From NCBI GenBank assembly GCA_024679065.1, contig JAGIQG010000015.1, positions 41,354,001 through 41,418,000 of the forward strand: a stretch of 64,000 nt of DNA, written 5' to 3'. Every line of letters starts with the position of its first letter. Position 1 is the first letter of the stretch. The notes under the pieces were generated by a model. It did no database searches. It was not told the origin of the DNA and worked only from the letters and a program-made list of their open reading frames with translations. Positions 13,104 through 23,020 of the stretch are shown here, in pieces. This DNA is from Sphyrna mokarran. Its lineage: Eukaryota. The position numbers were made by a program, and so were the translations under genes.

Positions 13104-15419
13104 CTTTATCTTGGTTCTGCAAGTTTTACAGACCTCCTCAGTTAGTCTCTGGGCTACTTGAAAGATGTACTTCCACTGGCTAAGAAAGGAAATATGCATT
13201 GTTTGGAGTTTTGCCAATTTTTCAATAACAGTATAGAATTGTTTTGTGATACTTTCGGATTTGAATGTAAGTTCAACTGCAACAGATTTTACTCCTTACT
13301 ATGTTTACTTTAAAACCATGGTGATTGATGGAGACTGAATTTGTGTTGCTGTGTAAGCAGCATGAATTCAATATGCTAAGCACCAGGATGTCTGATGTAC
13401 TGAGTAGTATCCACAATCTGCTGATTTATACATTACGACCAGTACAAATGTGAGGAATGACGCATGAACCACAATTAATTCAAAAAAAGAGCAAAAAAGA
13501 AATGAGAAACACTTCATCGACATCGAGACTGGAGAATATTCAAGGGAAGGTCTTAATGAATAAAAGTCAAAGAACTTAAAGTTGAAATTAGTCCTTGGTT
13601 TGTTAAAATGCATTGCTGCTGTCTTAGCTTGTATTTTACAGTTACTGATAATGTTACTTCAAATAGCTAATGTATTAAGGGAAAGTAAAAATAGGGAATT
13701 AGCAGTAGAAAGTCAGAAAGAAATATAAAAAATTATATTCTTGGAGCATTTAAAAAAAGGTTATTAAAATAGACGTACACAGCTACCATCACAGCCTTAT
13801 TTTGCCTGAAAGCTTAGATGCCCGTATCAAAGAAAGCAGTGTTTGCTTCAGCAGCAGTGTTTGCCATATCGGGTATCAGACAGAAATTCCTCACTCGTTA
13901 ATTCTTAAACTTGTTGCAGGGCAATCTTGAGACCAATTCATTTTTGTTTAACGGGAAACTAAGCACGTTACAAAAGGTTGGTTCAGCATTTCAACTTCAG
14001 ATATTTTGAGGCACTACCTTGATATTCCAGCTGAAAGGAATGCAGGCTCTTTCATTATTTTAGGTTTGTTTACATCAAAGGCTGGGAGCCATCTTGGCTT
14101 GAGGCACTGCAAACACAATTAAACCATCAGGGTTACACTAGTTCCTGGTTGCATCACGTAGGCTTGAGTGCTTTATCAGCTTGAAATGGGCATTAATTTC
14201 TCCCTTTATCTTGCAGCATATATAATTAAAGTCAAATCCCTTTACACTGCTGTTTGTCATTCTAGTAGCTTATACCGACCTCTGCTTTTGAATTGCATCA
14301 TGTGACCATCTGTGAGACAGTTCACTTGATTAATCTTTCATGAGAAGCAGGATGTGAAGCCACAGCTTTGACAGAGAAAGAATTAGAATTACTGAAGGCA
14401 AGGTCAGACCTGGGGCATTCATTGTCCACATTCTGGCCCACAGCCATTGCAGAGAAAAATTATTTGCATTACAGCTACTTGACTAGTCAGGGCAGTGTAG
14501 GGGAAAACTGCTGAATCATCATTACTTGACAATTAGGCAATCAGATGAGTGTGACATGGGTTCCTTTTTATTAGTTTTAGAATGTGAAATCTTCAGAGAA
14601 GAAAATCATGTACTCTGACCTTTCCAAACAAGTCACTTGCTTTTCACGTGAACATCGTTTTGTTACTTTATTTTTTAGTTTTTAAGTTAAATTCATCTCT
14701 TTTGGAGATGTACTGTACACCCATTATTATTTGAAAGGAGAGTATTGTTCTTCATTAGAGAGTCTGAACTTAGTTTATGGGAAAGCAAAAAGTAGTTGTA
14801 AGGAGATCTAACCACTTAAAGAAACAAAGCAAAACTGTAGCCCCAGGCAAGGGAGACTCTTTCATGTGAGTCATCTTCTATGACTGACGTTGGAGTCCCT
14901 CCCCGGAAATCAAAGGTGACAAAAGCCTGTGTAAACTCATGCTCTGGCTGAACAAAGCTAAATTAAAGTGGAATTGCAAGATTTGTGCACTAACCTTCTG
15001 TTTGGTGTGGAAGGGCTGCCTTGTAACAGGTAATAAATGAGGCCACCAATACAGCCATATGACCTTAGTTTTGACAAAAACATAAGAAAAACCGATGTCC
15101 ATGAAAATGAAATAGAGACGTTTCCCTTTTCTTCCTTTTGAAAAACCATTTTACAACAATTTGTAAGATGCAATTTCAGAAAGTTTTGGATTGGTTATTG
15201 TTGACCCCTTGCCCAAAGCTCTATCTCGTGACTTGCTTGACATCATCACAAGGTATTACCCAGAATGGAATGCTATTAACACATTTTATTTGTACTGAAC
15301 TATTACCCTTTTAAAAAAGAAAGTTCAGCATTTGAACATTTGCGGTCATCACCGTCCCACTCAATAGCAACTGAACACTTGAGGGAGTACTTTAAGGAAG
15401 AAATTACAATCAATCTTGA

Positions 15420-15740
15420 GATGTCAGCTGTGGCTTAGTAGTAGTATTCTCACCTTTTGAGCCAATAGTTCATAGTTTCAAGCCCCATTTCACCTGTTAT
15501 GCTAGCGTTTCAGAGCTGTATCGAGAGAGTGCTGTGCAACTGCTGGTGCCCTCTTTTAGATTAGGTGTAAAGCTGTAACATTATAGGCTTTCAGGTAAAT
15601 TTAAATTATGTTAAGTCAATATATGTCAAAGAACTTGCAGATTCCTGACTGTTTATCCTCAGCGAACACTGCTAGACACATTATATGGTCATCTGACTTG
15701 TTTGTGGGACCGTTTTGTGCAAATGACAGCTGCACATTTC
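15420..15740 (+). mobile_element. Deu-domain SINE, degenerate
   Basis: Head gtcagctgtggcttagt; Deu-like gagagtgctgtgcaactgctggtgccctcttttagat; ttgtttgtgggacc. Confidence 0.5.
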
Positions 15741-15834
15741 CCTTTAGAAAGAAAAGTAACTCGAAAGATTGAAGGAATATTTACCTTCATTTCAAAGCAG
15801 GGTGAAAATTCTGCTGCAGTTGTATATGGTTCTA

Positions 15835-16560
15835 GTTAGATATCGGGTGTATTGTGTTCAACCCTGGATACTGCCCTTAGGAAAGATATATTGGCCTTGG
15901 AAGATGTTGCAAAGCAGACTTACCAGAATGATATCTTGACTAAAATAACTAAATTATGAGGGCAGATTACATAGATTATGAAATAAAAACAGAGAATGCT
16001 GGAAAAATTCAGCAGGTTTGGCAGCATCTATGGAGAAAGAAACCTTGACTTCAATATGACTCTTCAAATCTAGATCTAGATTTGAAAAAGAGTTCTATGG
16101 GACTCAAAGCATAAAGTTCTTTTCTGTCCTCACAAATGCTGCCAGACTTGTTGAGTTTTTTCAGCATTTCTGTTTTTATTTTAGATTTTCAGCATCCTCA
16201 GTATTTTGCTTTTATTGCTTAAACAAGCTTGAATTCTGTTGAGTATAAAAGATTATGGGGTTATATAATTGAGATGTTTAATAAAGAGAAACTATTTTCC
16301 AGTGTGAAATCCAAAACAAGTAGCATAACCTTAATATTGGAGCTTTATCTGTTAAAGGTAAAATTAGGAAGCATTATTTCATACAAAGAGTATTGGAAAT
16401 CTGAAATCCACTCAAAAAGCATTCAAGACAAGGATAGTTAACACTTCAAAGCTGTGTTTGTTAGATTTATGGCAGGCAGGATTTTGCAACATTGGCAGAA
16501 TAGTTCAACAATGATCTAATTGAATGGCAGCTCAGATTCAAGGGGCTGAAAGGTCTTTTT
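15835..16560 (+). mobile_element. CR1 LINE 3' fragment split by a palindromic element
   Basis: YCVQ..., RKDILALE and QSRLTRMI remnants; tail aggggctgaaaggtc. Confidence 0.6.
15981..16216. mobile_element. Palindromic (fold-back) Penelope-derived or MER6-like element
   Basis: aaataaaaacagagaatgctggaaaaattcagcaggtttggcagcatc pairs with atgctgccagacttgttgagttttttcagcatttctgtttttattt. A perfect 24-bp palindrome lies at the centre (16063-16086). Confidence 0.7.
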
Positions 16561-16727
16561 ATTTATTTCTAATTTACAACAACAATTTCAAAAGAATTTT
16601 ATTTGTCCATTGGAATGTCTTGAAGTTGTGAAAGGAGCAATTTAAATTCAAGTTTTTCATTTTTAATTTATAAAATGTTTAGCAGAAAATGGAATGACAC
16701 TGCAAACTGGAGTACTTCATCTTAAAG

Positions 16728-16900
16728 TTTACTAAGTGTGCAAAAACAGTTGTCAATATCTTTTGCCTGAAAATTTTATTTTATCTTTTTCTGATATCAA
16801 ATGGTAATCGTATTAAGATGAAGATTATGTCAATTCTGAACTGGTAAATTTGAAGTACCCATCAATTTTTTGCTATTTTGATAAAAATATGTCTTGTGAG
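16728..16900 (+). repeat. Unique 173-bp donor segment duplicated at 17931-18103
   Basis: 168/173 identical in direct orientation, no indels (manual alignment). Confidence 0.95.
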
Positions 16901-17089
16901 TACCAGCCTTCAAAAGAAACGGAATGGTTGGCAAATGAGTTGTTAAACCAACAAGAATAGTCATTAATAAAAATAGAATTTCAGAAGTTAAGTCTTTGTT
17001 TCCCTGATATTTTCTACTGAAGTTGCTAATTGATGCCTGGGCACGATTCCACAGGCATTGCTCAGCCTCCAGTACCTTGCTCAAGGAGC

Positions 17090-17135
17090 TAATCGTCACG
17101 TGAGCTGACGTAATGTTAGCCAATCATGAGGTGGA
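17090..17135. promoter_or_regulatory. Compact motif cluster: E-box, CRE/bZIP-like site, CCAAT box
   Basis: gtcacgtgagctgacgtaatgttagccaatca, with intact CpGs in a CpG-poor background. Confidence 0.35.
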
Positions 17136-17892
17136 TTTATAGCTGAGTGTTTTTCTTACATTAACCAAAGGAGTAGCAATTGAAATCCTGACCAACTTTT
17201 CCCTTTCATACCCTGATTTGCAGAGGGCAATTATAGCATCTTATTTCCATTTGTTAATTCAGCATAGGCCAGAAATTTAACTTAGGATCTTGTATTGTTC
17301 AGTCACACCATATCATTATCAGCTAAGGTAATGCTATTATTGGAGAGTTGAAAGTGAGAATGGCATTCAGTTTGTAGGTTACTCTTGTTGAGAATGCTTA
17401 TGGATTTATAGTAGTGAAAAAGTTTTTTAAATTTATTACAAACTTACAAAATAGGAGCAGGGATAGGCCATTTGGCTTCTTGAGCCTGTTCCACCATTTG
17501 AAAAGACTATTGGCTGATCTGATTGTAACCTCTACTTTCTTGTCCATCTCCCTCCTCCATATCCCTCGATTCTTGACTGACAACAGTCAATTTAACTATT
17601 TTATTTATACGTACAAATGGAAGTTGTGAAAAGCATTAAACAAATGCAAATCTTCCTTTATAACAAGGTTATTATTACAGTTTGATGCAACCACATACTT
17701 TATATTACAGACATCTGCATGCTTATTTTTATTTTTGTTTGTTTCTTATGAATAATTACACTAACACTCAGTCATGTATTGCCAGGTGTTTCAAAGCCTC
17801 CAGGCAATGATCTTTCACTGCTTTGAAGTTAAGAACTCAGTAAGAATTTAGCAACAGCAATTTTAAATCCAACCAATTTATTTGATAGTAAA

Positions 17893-17930
17893 TTTGTGAG
17901 CTTTCGACACTCTTATGCCTTCGTCAGGCA
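17893..17930 (-). ncRNA. Minimal hammerhead ribozyme motif, left arm
   Basis: Minus strand: CTGACGA-A-GGCAT-aaga-GTGTC-GAAA-GCTC-acaaa. The 5' strand of stem I is truncated by the captured DNA. Confidence 0.45.
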
Positions 17931-18104
17931 TTTGCTAAGCGTGCAAAAACAGTTGTCAATATCTTTTGCCTGAAAATTTTATTTTATTTTTTTCTGATAT
18001 CAAATGGTAATTGTATTAAGATGAAGATTATGTCAATTCTGAACTGGTAAATTTGAAGTACCCATCAATGTTTTGCTATTTTGATAAAAATATGTCTTGT
18101 GAGC

Positions 18105-18146
18105 ATTTGCCTGACGAAGGCACAAGAGTGTTGAAAGCTCACAAAT
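18105..18146 (+). ncRNA. Minimal type I hammerhead ribozyme motif, right arm
   Basis: ATTTG-c-CTGACGA-A-GGCAC-aaga-GTGTT-GAA-AGCT-C-a-CAAAT. It has the core boxes, stem II, a palindromic AGCT stem III and stem I ATTTG/CAAAT. Confidence 0.55.
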
Positions 18147-20902
18147 TTACTATCAAATAAATCGGTTGGATTTAAAATTGGTGTTGCTAAATTCTTACTG
18201 AGTTCTTACTACTCCAGTCCAATGCCGGCATCTCTACATCTTGAAGTTAAGACTCAGCATAAGAATTCTCAATATACCATTGTTTCCTGTTACAGATGCC
18301 AGTACACCAATGTTGAGTGTGTATACTTGAAAGTAATTTTTTTAAGCCACAGGACCTCATAACGTTATTGATAACATAATAAATAGTTGCTGCATCTAAC
18401 TGTAGACACTATTCTTTGCTGATACTGTTTTTTAAAAGTATTTAACTATTTCGAGATAAACAGATGATGCAGATTGTGAATTCCTTTGTTCAAAGCATCG
18501 TTCATTTTGAAGATTGTTTTTAAGTCACAGAAATCGAGACTGAAAAGTGTGAAATTTATGTAGTTGAAGAGCTCCCCAAGCCAATTCCTGTCAAGTGTTG
18601 AGTTGAAAAGAGAGTATAGGTCAGCAGTATGAGTGTGCAGAGAATATTTTCCTTCTATCTCCTCATCTTCACTATTGAAAACAACAATATTTTAAAAACA
18701 ATTACCCACCTCGTTCAATTTTTAAGAAATGACAGTTTCACTAAAGAGAAATGCTTATGAAATAATGATCAGATTTGTTAGTTTTATGGCAAGTAACCCC
18801 TTGTGTGTTAGTTGATTTTCTTTTGTTTGACACAGATCTTGGATATGGCTATTATTTGCATTGTGACGCTTTATCTGTTAATTTTCTGTTAGGTACACGT
18901 TCTTATCGTGTTAAGTGATTCCCTTCTTTTGTTTCACTCTTAATTTAATAGATGTCATAATTCCATGTATATTGTATATATTTTTAATGTTTTCCTCTTC
19001 CTTTTATAAAAGCTCCAGGAGGAATTCTGTGACTGTTCAAAACACATGACCAGAAAAGAATGTTCTGGATGAGTGTATCACAGGAATTTTAAATATATTT
19101 GACAGCTAGCTGAATTATAATTCGGCTTTTCCACATGTTAAAATCTTGCTTAGTTGCGTCTATTCAAGCTGAGCGTATTATATATGCTCGAGTGGCCATT
19201 TATTGAATGGAGGAGGAGGGTGTTTGTTGGGAGAGGTTTGAATGTCAGTGTGATGGGAGAGCATAAATGAAGGAGGCTGAAATATCAGCTCTCTGATGTT
19301 TCTGTGGCTGGTCATCAGCCTGAAGAATCTCAGCTGTTCCTACTCGTGTAAATCATGGGTATGGTTGCCTAGATACAGATGCATTTGATTAGCTTGTTCT
19401 TCCCTTGAGATTCTGCACCACCCTATTAATGGAAGACAGCAGCATTAGAAAGTGAGAAAAATGGCCTCCCATAAATGTATTTTTGTCTGCACTGAAACTG
19501 CAACAAGAATGAAAAACATTGACGTGCACCCCCAGGCTGTCTTTATTATTCTAGAGCTGACATTGAGCGTAAACAGAGGATGACTCATCAGTCAGACAAC
19601 AAATGTCACTGTCAGGCGTTATCTTTAACTGAGAATTCTAAACACCCACTTGTCATCTGCTGCACGTACAGATCTATGAATTCATTATCCTTCACCCTTG
19701 CATGGGGTGAACTGAGCCCAACAGGAGAATTGTTTAAAAAAATGCAGATTTGTTGTGGAGTAATTGCTGGCTGGTTTGAGGAAGAGGAAAATCTTTTTAG
19801 GTAAATCATGATCATCTGCACTAGGAGAGCACAATTTGCTTTGTAATGGAAAAATGTGCGGGAGTAGTGTGCACCACTGGTGTGCTTGTGAGACTGTATA
19901 AAGATGGAACACATGAATTACTGCAGCAGCTTTCATAATTCACACATTTTCTTCAAATAAAATGATCTTTGGTAACCTTCTGATTCCAGCTGCCTTTATT
20001 AAAAGAAAATGAAAAAACTGTGGAACAAAAGCTATGAGAGTTCAGTCCTTTGGGAGGCGAGATAGCTTTTTAAAACTGATAAAATAGCCAAAAAGAGTCC
20101 TGTTGTTAATTATGCAATGATGGGAATGCATTCAATTGTACGTGATCACGTTAAGCATTGCAGTAAAATATACAAAGGAAATAAATTTTATAAGATGCAA
20201 TAAGAAAATAATACACAGCTATATAATTGGATTCCATTCTGGAAAAAAATGTATGTCTTTAAATTATCAAGCTACTTAAAAGAAAACAGTTATCTTTCAA
20301 TTTTTACTCTTAACACTTCCCTCTTTATTTATGCTTCTCCTCAGTCTGAAGGAGTGAATAGCTCACTTGTTTCCAGGCTTTAGCCTCTCTTGAGATGGAG
20401 CTTGGCAGCACAGAAGAGGTGGCTTGCTCTCACTAGGTAGTTACCCCAAACAGTATATTCCATAGTATAAAGTCACATGTAAATCCATGTCGAACAACAA
20501 CATAATGGCTTTGAAAATCCAAAGGGCTGCTTCCTGGCACAAATATCAGGATGTTCCCACCCATGACTATCATAATTGACCCCAAGGTAATTTAAATTCT
20601 GTCATTTATTTCTCCCTGTGACTGGAAAAGAGAAGTTGGGATATAAATCCATTTTAGGTAGTAGCCTACAGCTGGTGCTAGTAATTGTCAGCATGTTTTA
20701 TTCTATTTTTCTCTCTTCACTTCAGAAAGTAGTTGCTCAAAAATATCCAGCCCATATCAGAGATCATTCGCCTTCAATTTTCAAGTTGTTTAGACTTTGT
20801 TGCTTTTAAAATTTTCTTCCAACTCGTATCCTAATTTCATGTATCCTGAAACAGCAGAAATGTGAAACTTATGCTGTACCACCAGTTGCCCATTCACTCA
20901 CT

Positions 20903-21035
20903 GGGTGGAATTTTCTGACCCCCATCATGGCAGGGTGGCGCCAAGGTCGGAAAATGCAGCAAGCCATTCAAATGTTCATTCAGTCCAGTGAGACATGAAG
21001 ATCCTGCTGGCAGGAAAGACTGGAAAATTCTGGCT
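20903..21035. mobile_element. Short Harbinger-type MITE
   Basis: Imperfect TIRs gggtggaattttc / ggaaaattctggct. Confidence 0.5.
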
Positions 21036-21951
21036 AGTTACATCTTTCAATGGAGATTACTTATTAGTGACTGTTTTAAAAAAAAGGCAAGATGTTATAA
21101 ATGTGTTTGTATCATATCTTTTGGATACTGGAGTTGTGTGCTGAAATCTTTCTCCATGGTCACTACTGTCTTTTTTCTTGAGCTTCAGCCCTGTCTGTTT
21201 ATTCAAGTACCTCACTATGTCAGCCCCCGATGACATTGTTCAGGAAATAACATTTCTTTCATGTCTCCATTGCTGAATGTGAAAGAAACCCAACGTTTTG
21301 CCACATCTCAGGTTCCCTTTTCACAATGCTATAAAATCTTGACAACCCAATGCTGCTGCTGTCAAATCCCAAAATTGTATCTCCTGTGCCACCAAAGCTG
21401 AGGATTCCTGTCCCCAGCGTTGCTGAATACCAGATACCTATTTATAGCCATGACTTTCTTTCATAGCCTCCTTTTTTTTATTTTCAGTTTGAAAATGAAA
21501 TGTATAGGTAAAGAATGATGATATAAAAAATAAAAATCCTTAAATCCCAAATAATAATAATAGAATTTGATTAGTCACTGTAGGTAAATTGTACATTATA
21601 CACATAACATTGTTCTGGTTTCAAGACCATGCACTACATGATTCATTGGGTTAAATTTTAAAATGGCCATGGAGTTGAGACTGGCGGTAGAAAGGCCCAA
21701 GGTTTTTTGTTGCCACTCAGCATGCTGGTTTTTGCCATCATCCTGCCTCTGGGTCATTTTCATTCTGGGAAGACAGAGGGGACAGAGGGCAGTGATAGTA
21801 AGTGATAGCAAGGCCTAAGGAGACTAGTGTTCCATCCATCTAGAAAACCCCCAAAATCTATCAAAGTTGTTGGACGGTAGCTGCTGCTGCTGGCTGGCAA
21901 CTTTGGCCTTTTTTCTAATGTTTAAAATACTTTCATACACTCTTGAGGCAC

Positions 21952-22030
21952 CTTCTCTCTGGCCCTCTCTCTCTCCGGCCCCCTCTCTCTCCCGGCCTCT
22001 CTCTCTCCCGGCCTCTCTCTCTCTCTTTCC
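21952..22030. repeat. About 16-bp tandem repeat (ggcctctctctctccc)n / CT microsatellite
   Basis: Directly visible. Confidence 0.85.
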
Positions 22031-22759
22031 ACTGGATCAGTAGATGAAAGGATTGCTGAGTTGTGAGGTCCAAAGGATCTCCTGTTGGCCTTCCAGCCTC
22101 GGGGAGCCCTCTCTCCAGCCTCATTTGAACAGTGAGAGTACACTCTGGTCACTAATTGACCTTTTGTTAAAAATCATTTTGAATGTTAGGCACTGATGTG
22201 ATGGAAGATCTGGATCCTGGACCTTCACCTAATCTCAGGGTCTCGACTTCAGAGCAAAAAATTCAGCCCACTATGAGTGATCTTGTTGCATTTAAAAATG
22301 GAACTATGAAATAAGGATTGTTGGAGACTGTATTCAATCTCTTTTCTGCTCAGGTTTTATAAACCTTTCAAATTCTGCTCTTGTGGTTTATGACATCACC
22401 ATAACTGCTCAGTTGAATTACCCCCAACCATCTGTTATAACAGTGATTGTCCATTCCAGCCTTGTTTAAACATATTTCCTGTAATGTTGCTCATCAGTAG
22501 TTTGAGGTCACTGTTTTACGTATGTTATCTGCATAGAGCAAATGTTGCCATTTTATTTCTCAACAAATTGCAGTTATCCCTTGAGAGCTTCTTTTATGTC
22601 TGAGCAAGCGTAGAGAATTTAACTTAATTCTTAGGATGTGGTCATTACTGATAGGGCTGGAAATCTTAATTGTCATGGGAAGGTGGTGGCAATCCTGTTG
22701 TTCAAATGCTGTCTCTAGTGGTTTGATACAACTGTGCACCTTGCTAGGTCATGTTTCAG

Positions 22760-23020
22760 AGGCCTTACTGTGGTACCATTGTCACATGGAAAAAATGGCA
22801 ATTTTTATTTTCTCTCCCTAAAGGATATCAATTAACCAGCAGTGTTTTTAAAATCATTCTCATGGCCACTTTTATTGGTACCAGTTTGTATTTCAATTTT
22901 TTTTTAAAATTGAAGTCAAATTATGAAACAACAGTGGTAGGATTTGAACTCCTGTTCGTTGGATTATTGAACCAGGCCTCTAAATAAATAGGTCAGTAAC
23001 GTCTTCATTACACCATCATA
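22760..23020 (-). mobile_element. tRNA-derived SINE, family of 2757-3055
   Basis: Reverse-complement head with gagttcaaatcctacc B-box; body ggccacttttattggtaccag. Confidence 0.45.

Larger units (their letters stand above)
17830..18240. mobile_element. Penelope-like inverted-arm insertion enclosing captured host DNA
   Basis: Arms 17830-17930 and 18108-18208 are reverse complements with 4 mismatches. Tail ctccagtccaatgccggcatctctacatc. Flanking duplication ttgaagttaaga at 17823-17834 and 18241-18252. Confidence 0.8.

Noticed and set aside
13920-13976. AG...GT-bounded 57-nt segment (GNLETNSFLFNGKLSTLQK)
   Set aside because: Open only in phase 0, with stops in the phase needed to join the downstream exon; weak donor and no TALPID3 similarity recognised.
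21922-22152. Arg/Glu-rich ORFs
   Set aside because: Translation of the CT-rich tandem repeat.
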